A DNA stretch of 64,000 nucleotides from Candidatus Eiseniibacteriota bacterium (GTDB lineage: Bacteria > Eisenbacteria > RBG-16-71-46): contig CAVQXP010000004.1 in assembly GCA_963717935.1 (NCBI GenBank), positions 320,001-384,000 of the forward strand. Direction: 5' to 3'. This document shows, piece by piece, positions 46,611-56,804 of the stretch. The first letter of the stretch is position 1; each line of letters begins with the position of its first letter. The notes beneath the pieces are model-generated. The model had not been told where the DNA came from. It was given only the letters and a program-made list of their open reading frames with translations, and did no database searches. Made by a program: the position numbers and the translations under genes.

Positions 46611-48327
46611 GGTCGTCCGCCCCCGCCAGCGCCTCGAGGCAGGCCTTGCGCACCGGCGCCCGCTTCGAGTGCGCACCACGCTCCAGCACGGCCCGCGCGT
46701 GCGGCGTGCCGATGCGGGCGATGCAGCGCGCCACCGCCTGGCGGTGTGCCTCCTGGTAGCGCGAGAACCAGTTGCCCTTGTGCAGTTCCTGCTCGAGGTC
46801 CGGGACGATCCCGTCGCCGCCCGTGGCCGCGAGCGCGGAGTAGACCGCGCGCCGCACTTCGAGCGGGCGCTGCTCGAAGACCGGATCCAGCAGGTGCTTC
46901 ACCAGGACGCCGGCCGTGCGCTCGTCACGCGCCACCGAGAGCTGGTGCAACACCGAGCAGAAGGTGCGCGCGTCGGCCCCGTCGAGCATGCCGACCAGCA
47001 GCGGGCGCGCCTGCTCGGAATCGGCCTGGCCCAGCGCCGCGATGACCTCCTGACGCACGCGCGGCTCCGGGTGCCGCATCGCGGTCTCGAGCAGGCCGAT
47101 CGTCCGGTCGCCACCGATCCAGCCCAGGATGTGCACGATGTTGCGCACGACGTACCAGCGCGGGTCCGCCAGCCATGGCGCGAGACGCTCGGGATTGTCG
47201 CGACACAGCTCGGCGATCGCCTCCGCCAGCGCGCGGCGCGTGCGCCGCTGCTGGCTCTCCGCCAGCGCCAGGTTGAGCCAGTCCACCGCCGGCGCGCCCA
47301 GATCGCGCGCGAGCGCGGTGAACTCGGCCAGCGCGGGCGCCTCCTGCAGGTCGAGCTTCTCGACCACGGTCGACACGGAGATCGGCTGGAACAGCTCCTG
47401 CGAGAAGCCCTCGATGGACCACTCCGAGTGGCGCCCGCACCGGCTCAGCAGCGCCAGGCAGTGGCGCGCCTCGGTCCACGCGCCCACGGTGATGGTCTGG
47501 CGCAGCACCCGCGGCAGGAAGCGCGCCAGCTCGGCCTTGTCGGCGGCCTGGATGCCGGCGTGCAGGAACGCGCTCGAGATCGCGATGGTGGCGGTCGCGA
47601 GCGGCACCTCGTGCTCGGCCCGGTACTCGTCGAGGAAGCGCAGCGTCTCGGCGGGCGCCAGGGATTCCAGCTCCGCGAAGCCCGCTTCGACCTCGACCGC
47701 GAGGTCGCCGAGCAGCCAGTCGTCGGAGCGTGCTTCGCCGCCCGGGGCCGCCGCGCCCGGCTCGGTCCCGTCCCCCCACGACTCGCCCGGCGTCGGCCAG
47801 GGCACGACATCCCCCGCGTCGCCCGCGCCGCCGCCCATGTCGGCCTCGGCGGGCACGCAGTCCACGTCGATGTGCTGGAGATGCGATTCCCACAGCAGCG
47901 TCACGAGATCGTCTTCGCCCGCGTTCTGGCCGCTCACCTGCAGCACCGCGTCGAGGAGCGTCTCGATCTCGGCTGGCTCGACGCCGGGCGAGAAGTTGAT
48001 GGCATGGATGCCGTCGCGGTAGAAGGGCAGCGCGAGGTTGTCGTCGCGCGAGCGCGCCAGGTAGAGCGACTGTTCCTCGCAGAGCACGTCGTCGGAGGTG
48101 AAGTGGAGGGTCAGGACCCCGTGCTCCTCGAGGACGCGTGTGAGCGCCTGCGCCAGCTCCTCGCGGAAGCGGATGACGGTGGGGTTGTTCGCGTCGTAGA
48201 GCCGGCAGGTCTTGAGCGTGCGGGCCAGATGATTCACCCACACGCCGGCCGCGCGCGCCAGCGCTTCCTGCTCCGGCGTGCGAACGGTCTCCTCCGTGTC
48301 GTGCGTCGATCGGGCGCTGACGTTCAT
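46603..48327 (-). CDS. HEAT-repeat protein with an uncharacterised N-terminal domain
   Basis: LADPRWYVVRNIVHILG and HPEPRVRQEVIAAL HEAT repeats; overlaps the HD-GYP start. Confidence 0.85.
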   Translation of the reverse strand: MNVSARSTHDTEETVRTPEQEALARAAGVWVNHLARTLKTCRLYDANNPTVIRFREELAQALTRVLEEHGVLTLHFTSDDVLCEEQSLYLARSRDDNLALPFYRDGIHAINFSPGVEPAEIETLLDAVLQVSGQNAGEDDLVTLLWESHLQHIDVDCVPAEADMGGGAGDAGDVVPWPTPGESWGDGTEPGAAAPGGEARSDDWLLGDLAVEVEAGFAELESLAPAETLRFLDEYRAEHEVPLATATIAISSAFLHAGIQAADKAELARFLPRVLRQTITVGAWTEARHCLALLSRCGRHSEWSIEGFSQELFQPISVSTVVEKLDLQEAPALAEFTALARDLGAPAVDWLNLALAESQQRRTRRALAEAIAELCRDNPERLAPWLADPRWYVVRNIVHILGWIGGDRTIGLLETAMRHPEPRVRQEVIAALGQADSEQARPLLVGMLDGADARTFCSVLHQLSVARDERTAGVLVKHLLDPVFEQRPLEVRRAVYSALAATGGDGIVPDLEQELHKGNWFSRYQEAHRQAVARCIARIGTPHARAVLERGAHSKRAPVRKACLEALAGADDHE

Positions 48328-48376
48328 GGACGGACCCGCTCCCCTGGATGGCCCGAAGTGAAGATGGCCTAGCGTG

Positions 48377-48404
48377 TTATCGGCAGGCGACCGGAGGGGC
48401 TTGA
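48377..48404 (-). promoter_or_regulatory. Sigma28 (FliA/WhiG)-type promoter
   Basis: Minus strand reads TCAAG-N15-GCCGATAA, 49 nt upstream of the 48327 ATG. Confidence 0.65.
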
Positions 48405-48602
48405 GGAGGTCCCGGGGAGCGGCGCGGGGGCGACGATTTCGCTCGTGCGCGGGGACGCGTCGAGCCCCTGGTCGGGGACCCGCGCCGCTGGCGGGACCAG
48501 CTGCCGCGTTCGTCGGGGGCGGGTTGTCGCCCGTCCAGGTGTCCCCAATACTGGCGCCGTCACGTCCACCCCGGCATTCCTCCAAGAGGAGGGTCTCCCG
48601 TC

Positions 48603-51600
48603 ATGAGGTCCCGTCTGCTGCCCATGGTCCTGGGCGTCGCGCTGGCCGCGCTCCTGCGGTCCACCACGCCGGCCGCCGCGCTCGAGGAGTGCCGCCTGCT
48701 GCGCCAGCCCGACATCCAGGGCGACCGAATCGTGTTCGTCTACGCCGGCGACCTGTGGAGCGTGGCCCGCGCGGGCGGCGTCGCCTGGCGCCTCACCTCG
48801 CACGAGGGCGTCGAGTCGTTCCCGAAGCTCTCGCCCGACGGCGGGACCGTCGCCTTCACCGCGGAGTACGACGGGAACATCGACGCCTACACGATCCCGG
48901 CCGAGGGCGGCGAGCCCACCCGCCTCACCTGGCACCCGCTGCCCGACCAGGTGGCCGAGTGGTACCCCGACGGCAGGGCGATCCTGCTCCGCTCGCGTCG
49001 CGCCTCCGCCATCCAGCGCTACGACCGTTTCCTCAAGGTGCCGGCGCGGGGCGGCTTCGAGGAGACGCTGCCGCTGCCCACGGGCGGCTACGCCTCGTTC
49101 TCACCCGACGGCGGCCAGATCGCGTTCGTCTCGCCCTCCTACGACAACCGTACGTGGAAGCGCTACCGCGGCGGCGATGCCCCGCAGATCTGGACCTACG
49201 ATTTCAAGAAGAACACCTCCGAGAGGATCACCGACTGGCCCGGGCCCGACGAGTGGCCAATGTGGCACGGGCGCACGGTCTACTACGCCTCGGACCGCGG
49301 CGGGCGCACGGTCAACCTCTGGGCCTACGACCTCGACCAGCGGACCCATCGCCAGGTCACCCGGTTCACCGACTACGACGTGAAATGGCCGAGCCTCGGC
49401 GCCGACGCCATCGTCTTCGAGAACGGCGGCTACCTCTACGTCCTCGACCTGCCCGGCGAGGCCCCCCGGAAGATCCAGGTGCTGGTGCCCGACGACAAAC
49501 CGGCCGCCCGGGCCGAGTACCGCAACGTCTCGCGATGGATCACCGACTTCGACCTGTCGCCCTCGGCCAAGCGCGCGGTGTTCGCGGCGCGCGGCGACCT
49601 GTTCACGGTGCCCGCCGAGAAGGGCGACGTGCGCCTGCTGGTGGGCACGGCCGGCGCACGCGAACGTGATCCAGCGTGGTCGCTGGACGGCAAGTGGATC
49701 GCCTACCTGTCGGACCAGAGCGGCGAGTACGAGATCTGGGTGGTGGGCAGCGACGGCATGACGGCTCCGCGCCAGGTGACGACGGGCGGCAGCACGTTCC
49801 GCTTCGCGCCGCGCTGGTCGCCGGACTCGAAGAAGCTGGCGTTCTCGGACAAGACCCGCACCCTGTGGTGGTGCGACGTCGCCACCGGCAGGCTCACGAA
49901 GGTGGACAAGGGCGAGTACGGCGAGATCCACGATTACGCGTGGGCGCCCGACTCGAAGTGGCTCGCCTACAGCAAGGCCAACGCCGCCGACTTCCAACTC
50001 ATCCACCTCTACGCGCTCGACGGCGCCGTCACCCCCGTCTCGACCGGCATGACGGACGACTTCGCGCCCGCCTTCGACCTGGACGGCAACTACCTCTATT
50101 TCATCTCGCGCCGCACCTTGAATCCGGAATCCGGCGCCTTCGAGTTCAACTTCCAGTTCAGCGCGACGGACAAGATCTACGCGATGTCCCTGCGTGACAC
50201 GCTGCTCACCCCGGTCGCGCCACAGAGCGACGAAGAGGTGGGCGAGACGAAGAAGGACGAGGGCGGGCCGGGAAAGGGGGACAAGGGCGAGAAGGGTGGC
50301 AAGGTCGAGGCCGAGAAGCCGGCGGAGGCGAAACCGGTCAAGATCGACCTGGCCGGGCTCGGGCAGCGCGTGGCGGCGCTGCCGGTGCCGGCAGCCCGTT
50401 ACGCCAGCGTGTCCGCGTACAAGGGCAAGCTCGTCTTCTTCGCCCTCGATCCCACCGATCCCGACAGCGACGACGGCGGCACGGGCTCGTTCAAGCTTCT
50501 CGACCTCGAGAAGCGCGAGGTGAAGACGGCCCTCTCCGGCGTGGACGCCGCGGGCGCGCTCTCGAAGGACGGCGGCAAGTTGCTGTACAAGGCCCGTGAC
50601 GCCTACGGCATCGTGGACGTCGCCGAGGGCAAGAAGGTCGGCGACGGCAAGCTGGCCACCGGGCAGCTCATGACGACCGTGGACCCCCGCCAGGAATGGC
50701 TGCAGATCTTCAACGAGGCCTGGCGGCTCGAGCGCGACTTCTACTACGACCCGGCCATGGGCGGGCTCGACTGGCAGGCCGTGGGCGAGCGTTACCGCGC
50801 GCTCGTGCCCCATGTCGCCCACCGCGCGGATCTCAACTACATCCTCGGCGAACTGCAGGGGGAGCTGTCGACCTCCCACGCCTACGTGGGGGGCGGCGAC
50901 GTGCCGCAGGCCCCGCGCGTGGACGTCGGCCTGCTGGGCGCCGACTACGAGCTGGACGCCGCGAGTGGCCTGTACCGCTTCCAGACCATCTACCGGGCGC
51001 GAGACTGGAACTCGGAGGTCGAGGCGCCGCTCGGCATGCCCGGCATCGGTGTCAAGGAGGGCGACTACCTGCTGGAGGTGAACGACCGGCCGGTCCGCGC
51101 TTCCCAGAACGTGTTCGCGGCCTTCGAGGGCACGGCCGGCAAGCAGACGCGCATCAAGGTCGGCCGCTCGCCCGGCGACCCGAAGGCGCGCACCTACACG
51201 GTGAAGCCCGTCGCCAGCGAGGGCACGCTCCGCTACACGGCCTGGGTGGACGGCAATCGCGAGAAGGTGGCAAAGGCCACCGGCGGCCGCATCGCGTACA
51301 TCCACGTGCCCAACACGGCAACGCAGGGCATCCAGGAGTTCAGCAAGCAGTACTACCCGCAGACGGACAGGCAGGGCATCATCGTGGACGAGCGCTTCAA
51401 CGGCGGCGGCTTCATCCCCGACTTCTTCGTGGAACGGCTCCGCCGCAAGTCCCTGGCGTACTGGTCGACCCGCGACGGCGCGGACAACCGCACGCCGTCC
51501 ACGGCCATCGACGGGCCCAAGTGCATCCTCATCAACCAGTACGCGGGCTCGGGCGGTGACGCCTTCCCCCACTACTTCCGCCTGCTCGGCGTCGGCCCGC

Positions 51601-51899
51601 TCATCGGCATGCGCACCTGGGGCGGACTCGTCGGCATCAGCCACAACCTGCCGCTCGTGGACGGGGGCGGCATCACGATGCCGGACTTCGGCATGTGGGA
51701 CCCGTACAAGGGCGAATGGGTGATCGAGAACCACGGCGTGGACCCGGACATCGAGGTCGAGAACACGCCGAGCGAGATGGTCTCGGGCCGCGACCCGCAG
51801 CTCGAGCGCGCCATCCAGTGGACGCTCGATGAACTGCAGAAGAATCCGCTGAAGAAGTACCCGAGGCCGAAGTACAAGGTGCAGGAGGGGCTGCGGTAG
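48603..51899 (+). CDS. Tricorn protease homologue (S41 family)
   Basis: Signal peptide, beta-propeller PD40 repeats, SHAY, PDZ domain, D.RFNGGG, GSGGD catalytic Ser and TWGGLVG. Confidence 0.95.
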   Translation: MRSRLLPMVLGVALAALLRSTTPAAALEECRLLRQPDIQGDRIVFVYAGDLWSVARAGGVAWRLTSHEGVESFPKLSPDGGTVAFTAEYDGNIDAYTIPAEGGEPTRLTWHPLPDQVAEWYPDGRAILLRSRRASAIQRYDRFLKVPARGGFEETLPLPTGGYASFSPDGGQIAFVSPSYDNRTWKRYRGGDAPQIWTYDFKKNTSERITDWPGPDEWPMWHGRTVYYASDRGGRTVNLWAYDLDQRTHRQVTRFTDYDVKWPSLGADAIVFENGGYLYVLDLPGEAPRKIQVLVPDDKPAARAEYRNVSRWITDFDLSPSAKRAVFAARGDLFTVPAEKGDVRLLVGTAGARERDPAWSLDGKWIAYLSDQSGEYEIWVVGSDGMTAPRQVTTGGSTFRFAPRWSPDSKKLAFSDKTRTLWWCDVATGRLTKVDKGEYGEIHDYAWAPDSKWLAYSKANAADFQLIHLYALDGAVTPVSTGMTDDFAPAFDLDGNYLYFISRRTLNPESGAFEFNFQFSATDKIYAMSLRDTLLTPVAPQSDEEVGETKKDEGGPGKGDKGEKGGKVEAEKPAEAKPVKIDLAGLGQRVAALPVPAARYASVSAYKGKLVFFALDPTDPDSDDGGTGSFKLLDLEKREVKTALSGVDAAGALSKDGGKLLYKARDAYGIVDVAEGKKVGDGKLATGQLMTTVDPRQEWLQIFNEAWRLERDFYYDPAMGGLDWQAVGERYRALVPHVAHRADLNYILGELQGELSTSHAYVGGGDVPQAPRVDVGLLGADYELDAASGLYRFQTIYRARDWNSEVEAPLGMPGIGVKEGDYLLEVNDRPVRASQNVFAAFEGTAGKQTRIKVGRSPGDPKARTYTVKPVASEGTLRYTAWVDGNREKVAKATGGRIAYIHVPNTATQGIQEFSKQYYPQTDRQGIIVDERFNGGGFIPDFFVERLRRKSLAYWSTRDGADNRTPSTAIDGPKCILINQYAGSGGDAFPHYFRLLGVGPLIGMRTWGGLVGISHNLPLVDGGGITMPDFGMWDPYKGEWVIENHGVDPDIEVENTPSEMVSGRDPQLERAIQWTLDELQKNPLKKYPRPKYKVQEGLR

Positions 51900-51933
51900 A
51901 GGATCGGCAACGGGCGCAGGCCCGCGCAACATC

Positions 51934-51959
51934 GGACCCCGGTCGCGAGGCCGGGGTCC
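51934..51959. terminator. Hairpin between the convergent tricorn and cysE genes
   Basis: GGACCCCGGTC-GCGA-GGCCGGGGTCC stem with a GNRA loop. Confidence 0.5.
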
Positions 51960-51966
51960 CTGCGCG

Positions 51967-52737
51967 TCAGATGCCGGAGCCGGGGTCGGGCTGCCCCTCG
52001 CCGTCGTCCGCGTCTGCGGCGCTGTCGCTCATCGAGCGGAACGCCTGCTCGACCTGCTCGGCCGTCAATCCGCTCGGCACCGCGACGGAGACCGGCCGAC
52101 GACGCAGCTCCGCGATCTCGCGCGCGAGCTCCTGCACCTGCTCGTGCAGCGCGGTGATGGCGCGGGCCGTGGGGTCGGGGATGCGGTTGTGCTCGAGCTC
52201 GTGGCCCGGCCGTCTCCCCTCCTCCTCCTTCTCCTCGAGCACGCGACCCGGGATGCCGACGATGGTCGAGCGCGGCGGCGCCGATTTCACGACCACCGAG
52301 CCGGAACCGACGCGCGAGTGGTGCCCGATGGTGATGTTGCCGAGCACCTTCGCGCCCGAGCCGATCACGACATGCTCCTCGAGCGTCGGATGCCGCTTGC
52401 CGCGGCTCACGCTCGTGCCGCCGAGGGTGACGCCCTGGTAGATCAGGCAGTCGTCGCGGATCTCGGCGGTCTCGCCGATCACGACGCCCATGCCGTGGTC
52501 GATGAACACGCGCCGGCCGATCGTGGCGCCGGGGTGGATCTCGACGCCGGTGAAGAACCGCGCGAGGTGCGAGATCAGCCGGGGCAGCAGCGGGATCCGC
52601 CAGCGCCACAGCGGATGCGCGATCCGGTGCCACCAGAGGGCGTGCAGCCCCGGATAGCACAACAGGATCTCGAGCGCGCCGCGGGCCGCGGGGTCCTTCC
52701 CGCGGACCGTCCGGATGTCCTCGACCACTCTGAGCAT
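51967..52737 (-). CDS. cysE: Serine O-acetyltransferase
   Basis: [33 protein letters not shown] and KRHPT motifs. Confidence 0.95.
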   Translation of the reverse strand: MLRVVEDIRTVRGKDPAARGALEILLCYPGLHALWWHRIAHPLWRWRIPLLPRLISHLARFFTGVEIHPGATIGRRVFIDHGMGVVIGETAEIRDDCLIYQGVTLGGTSVSRGKRHPTLEEHVVIGSGAKVLGNITIGHHSRVGSGSVVVKSAPPRSTIVGIPGRVLEEKEEEGRRPGHELEHNRIPDPTARAITALHEQVQELAREIAELRRRPVSVAVPSGLTAEQVEQAFRSMSDSAADADDGEGQPDPGSGI

Positions 52738-52760
52738 GGGCTCCCCTGCGCCGCGCCGCC

Positions 52761-53717
52761 CTAGCGGCCGGCGTCTCCCACATCCCCGGGGAAATCGAAC
52801 AGCGGCGTCGAGAGGTAGCGCTCGCCGTGGCTCGCGAGCACCGCGACGATCAGCTTCCCGGCCATCTCCGGCCGCTTCGCCACCTGCAGGGCCGCCCAGA
52901 CGCTGGCGCCCGACGAGATCCCGGCCATGATCCCCTCCGCACGGCAGAGCCGCCGCGCCGTCGCGAACGCGTCGTCGTTCGTGACCTGGACGATCTCGTC
53001 GATCAGGTCCGTGCGCAACACCCTCGGGATGAAGCCCGCGCCGATCCCCTGGATCCCGTGCGGGCCGGGCGCTCCGCCCGAGAGCACCGGGGAGTCCACC
53101 GGCTCCACCGCCACGGCGCGGAGCCCGGGCTTCTTCGCCTTGAGGGCCTCGGCGACCCCCGTGATCGTGCCGCCCGTCCCCACCCCCGCCACGACCGCGT
53201 CCACCCGCCCATCGGTGTCGTCCCAGATCTCGACCGCGGTCGTCTCGCGGTGGACCCTCGGGTTCGCGGGATTGTCGAACTGACCGATGATCATCGAGTC
53301 GGGGATCTCCTTCTGCAGCTCGTCGGCGCGCGCGATCGCGCCCTTCATCCCCTTCGCGCCCTCGGTCAGCACGACGCGCGCGCCCAGCGCCTGGAGGATC
53401 TTGCGCCGCTCGATGGACATGGTCTCGGGCATGGTGAGGACGAGCCGGATGTCCTGGGCCGCGCAGATGAAGGCGAGCGCGATCCCCGTGTTGCCCGACG
53501 TGGGCTCGATCACGGTCGTGACGCCCGGCCGGATCGCGCCGCGCTCGAGAGCATCCTTGATCATCGAGCGGCCGATACGGTCCTTGACCGACGACATCGG
53601 GTTGAAGGACTCGAGCTTGAGCACCAGTTCGGCCTGGAGACCCTGCTGGAGCCGTTGCAGCCGGACCAGCGGGGTGCGACCGATGGTGTCGATGATGCTG
53701 TCGTAGATGCGAGCCAT
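52761..53717 (-). CDS. cysK: Cysteine synthase A
   Basis: [36 protein letters not shown] and GERYLST motifs. Confidence 0.97.
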   Translation of the reverse strand: MARIYDSIIDTIGRTPLVRLQRLQQGLQAELVLKLESFNPMSSVKDRIGRSMIKDALERGAIRPGVTTVIEPTSGNTGIALAFICAAQDIRLVLTMPETMSIERRKILQALGARVVLTEGAKGMKGAIARADELQKEIPDSMIIGQFDNPANPRVHRETTAVEIWDDTDGRVDAVVAGVGTGGTITGVAEALKAKKPGLRAVAVEPVDSPVLSGGAPGPHGIQGIGAGFIPRVLRTDLIDEIVQVTNDDAFATARRLCRAEGIMAGISSGASVWAALQVAKRPEMAGKLIVAVLASHGERYLSTPLFDFPGDVGDAGR

Positions 53718-53744
53718 GCGCTCCCTTCCTCTCCGGCTGTTCGA

Positions 53745-54071
53745 ACCGCTGCGGCCGCGCTGCCCGGCACGACGTCGGTGATGGCCCCCCGTCGAGCTCG
53801 AGGCCAAGCGAGAAGCGCAGGCCCGTCCTCTGGTCCCAGACCCGCGCCTGAGCCCGCTCTCCAGCGCCCGGGCTGTCGCTCCAGGCCGGCCGCCAGCATT
53901 TCCTTCGATGCCCCCGGGCGGCGCCCGTTGCGGGGCAGATGCCGGCCGGGACCCGAAGAGGGCGCGCCAGTCCTGGGCCGCGATCTGCCCCAGGGCCTTC
54001 ACGACGTCGTCAAGGTCGTACGGGACCACCGCGGGCGGACCGCCGCGGCCGCCGAAGGACAGGCGGCACAA
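53745..54071 (-). pseudogene. Frameshifted remnant of an M61-family aminopeptidase C-terminus and PDZ domain
   Basis: Successive frames give [47 protein letters not shown] and [14 protein letters not shown]. Confidence 0.55.
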
Positions 54072-54200
54072 GCCGTCCGGGGAGCGCCTTCCACCGCCCG
54101 CTGAATCCCGTGTCCCGGGCCCGCGCCGCGGCGCTATGATGCGCGCGACCGATTCTCAGGATCCCGCTTTCCGGAACGAACGACACTCCGGAGGTCGCCG

Positions 54201-54665
54201 ATGGCAGACATCCGCCTCATCGTCAACGGCCGCACGCACGCGGTCGACGTGGACCCCGAGACGCCGCTGCTCTGGGTGCTGCGCGAGACCCTTGGCCTCA
54301 CCGGGACGAAGTACGGCTGCGGCGCCGGGCTGTGCGGCAGCTGCACCGTGCTGATCGACGGTGAGCCCGCGCGCTCGTGCCAGATCACGGCCGTACAGGC
54401 CGAGGACGCGAACATCACCACGATCGAAGGTCTCTCGCGCGACCGAAGCCACCCGCTGCAGACGGCCTGGCTCGCGGAGCAGGTGCCCCAGTGCGGCTAC
54501 TGCCAGTCCGGGCAGATCCTGGCCGCGGCCGCGCTGCTCGCGAAGAACCCCGACCCCAGCGACGCCGACATCGACCGCGCGCTCTCCGCCAACCTGTGCC
54601 GTTGCGGGACCTATCCGCGCATCCGCCGCGCCATCCACCTCGCGGCGAAGGGAGGCACCCGATGA
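54201..54665 (+). CDS. iorA: 2Fe-2S small subunit of an isoquinoline 1-oxidoreductase-type molybdoenzyme
   Basis: [22 protein letters not shown] and LCRCGTY motifs. Confidence 0.9.
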   Translation: MADIRLIVNGRTHAVDVDPETPLLWVLRETLGLTGTKYGCGAGLCGSCTVLIDGEPARSCQITAVQAEDANITTIEGLSRDRSHPLQTAWLAEQVPQCGYCQSGQILAAAALLAKNPDPSDADIDRALSANLCRCGTYPRIRRAIHLAAKGGTR

Positions 54666-56764
54666 GCACGACTCGTCGTGATTTCCTCAAGACCGGAGCG
54701 CTCGCCGGCGCCGGCCTCGTCATCGCGCTCCACCTGCCCGGGACCGCGCGGACCGCCACAGCAGGGGCTGCAGGCCTCGAGCCCAACGCCTACCTGCGCG
54801 TGGCACCGGACGGCACCGTCACCGTGATGATCGCGCGCTCCGAGCTCGGCCAGGGCACGAGCACCGCGCTCGCCATGCTCGTCGCCGAGGAGCTCGAGGC
54901 GGACTGGCGGAAGGTCCGCATCGAGCAGGCCATCCCGGCACCCGTCTACGGCAACATGACCACCGGCGGCAGCGCCAGCATCCGCTCGCTGTGGAAGCCC
55001 ATGCGCAAGGCCGGTGCGCAGGCGCGAGAGCTGCTCGTCGGTGCCGCCGCGGCTCAGTGGAAGGTGGACCGCGCCGCCTGCCGGGCCGGGAACGGCGAGG
55101 TCGTGCACGCGGCGAGCGGCCGGCGTCTCGGCTACGGCGCGCTCGCCGCCGCCGCCGCGAAGCTGCCCGTGCCGGCCGACCCCCCGCTCAAGGACCACAG
55201 GCAGCATTGCGTCATCGGAACCACGCCCGCGCGCTTCGACGCCCCCGCCAAGGTGGACGGCGCCGCCGTGTTCGGCGCCGACGTGCGCGTGCCGGGCATG
55301 CTCTACGCCTCGATCGCGCAGTGCCCCGTGTTCGGCGGACGGGCCACGGGCTTCGATCCCGCCGCAACACTCCAGGTCCCCGGTGTCGTGCGGGTCGAGC
55401 GCGTCGGCGACGGCGTGGCCGTGCTCGCGAAGAGCACCTGGGCCGCGTTTCGCGGGCGCGAGGCGCTGCGCGTCACCTGGGACGAGGGACCGCTCGCCAC
55501 GCTCGACAGCGCCGCCATCCGCGCGAAGTTCGCCGAGCTGGCGGGGCAGCCCGCCCACACCGCGCGCAAGGAGGGCCGCGGCGCCGCGGCGCTCGCCGGC
55601 GCCGCGCGCACCCTCGAGGCCGTGTACGAAGTGCCCTATCTCGCACACACGCCCATGGAGCCCATGAACTGCACCGCCCACGCGCGCCCCGGGGCGTGCG
55701 AGGTCTGGGTGCCCACGCAGAGCGGCAGCGGCGCGCGCGAGGCCGCCGCGAAGGCCGCCGGGGTCGACCCCGGCGTCGTCACCGTGCACATGACGCTCAT
55801 CGGCGGCGGCTTCGGCGCCCGCCACCGGCAGGACTACGTCGTGCAGGCCGTGCTGCTGTCCAGGTCCGCCGGCGCCCCCGTCCAGGTCGTGTGGACGCGC
55901 GAGGACGACGTCCAGCACGATGTCTACCGGCCCGCGACCTACAACGTGCTGCGCGCCGGCCTCGACCCGGCCGGCTCGCCCATCGCCTGGACCCACCGCA
56001 TCGTCGCGCCCGGCATCGCCACGCAGATGGGGTTCGTGAAGCAGGGCGATCCCGACTGGAGCTCCCTCGACGGCGCCGCCAACCTGCCCTACGCCATCCC
56101 CAACCTCGAGGTGGAGCTCGTCACGCATGATCCCGGCGTCCCGCTCGGCTGGTGGCGCTCGGTCGCCTCGTCGCAGAACGCCTACGTCACCGAGTGCTTC
56201 CTCGACGAAGTGGCGACCGCCGCCGGCCGTGACCCGTACGAGTTGCGGCGCGAGCTGCTCGGGGACAAGCCGCGGCATCGGGCCGTGCTCGAGCTGGCCG
56301 CGCAGAAGGCCGGATGGGGCTCGGCGTTGCCCGCGGGCCAGGGGCGCGGCATCGCCGTGCACGAGAGCTTCGGCTCGTTCGTCGCACAGGTCGCCGAGGT
56401 GGAGGTCGCCCCCGACGGCGCCGTGCGCGTGAAGCGCGTGGTGTGCGCCGTGGACTGCGGCACCATGGTGCATCCCGACCTGGTCCGCTCGCAGATGGAG
56501 GGCGGCATCCTCTACGGCCTGAGCGCAGCGCTGAAGAGCGAGATCACCATCGAGCGGGGCCGCGTCGTGCAGGGCAACTTCAACGACTACCCGATGCTGA
56601 CGATCGACGAGTGCCCCGTGATCGAAGTCCACCTGGCGCCGAGCGGCGACCCGGTCGGCGGCATCGGCGAGCCCGGGCTGCCGCCGGCCGCACCGGCGGT
56701 GGCGAACGCGGTGGCGAAGGCGACCGGGAGACCGGTGAGGAGGCTGCCGATCGGGGCGGCGTGA
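54662..56764 (+). CDS. iorB: Molybdopterin-binding large subunit (IorB-like, xanthine dehydrogenase family), Tat-exported
   Basis: TRRDFLK Tat motif, ELGQG, TGGS.S, H.PMEP, GGGFG, WRSV and GGIGEPG motifs. Confidence 0.9.
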   Translation: MSTTRRDFLKTGALAGAGLVIALHLPGTARTATAGAAGLEPNAYLRVAPDGTVTVMIARSELGQGTSTALAMLVAEELEADWRKVRIEQAIPAPVYGNMTTGGSASIRSLWKPMRKAGAQARELLVGAAAAQWKVDRAACRAGNGEVVHAASGRRLGYGALAAAAAKLPVPADPPLKDHRQHCVIGTTPARFDAPAKVDGAAVFGADVRVPGMLYASIAQCPVFGGRATGFDPAATLQVPGVVRVERVGDGVAVLAKSTWAAFRGREALRVTWDEGPLATLDSAAIRAKFAELAGQPAHTARKEGRGAAALAGAARTLEAVYEVPYLAHTPMEPMNCTAHARPGACEVWVPTQSGSGAREAAAKAAGVDPGVVTVHMTLIGGGFGARHRQDYVVQAVLLSRSAGAPVQVVWTREDDVQHDVYRPATYNVLRAGLDPAGSPIAWTHRIVAPGIATQMGFVKQGDPDWSSLDGAANLPYAIPNLEVELVTHDPGVPLGWWRSVASSQNAYVTECFLDEVATAAGRDPYELRRELLGDKPRHRAVLELAAQKAGWGSALPAGQGRGIAVHESFGSFVAQVAEVEVAPDGAVRVKRVVCAVDCGTMVHPDLVRSQMEGGILYGLSAALKSEITIERGRVVQGNFNDYPMLTIDECPVIEVHLAPSGDPVGGIGEPGLPPAAPAVANAVAKATGRPVRRLPIGAA

Positions 56765-56804
56765 GGGGGCGTAGCGTCCCCCGCTTCTGCTACCCTCCCC
56801 CGTC

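Noticed and set aside
54095..54200. c-di-AMP (ydaO) riboswitch suggested by CGCTGAATCC
   Set aside because: The later conserved GGGGAACC, GGGGTGAAT and GTCAGCTAAC blocks are absent.
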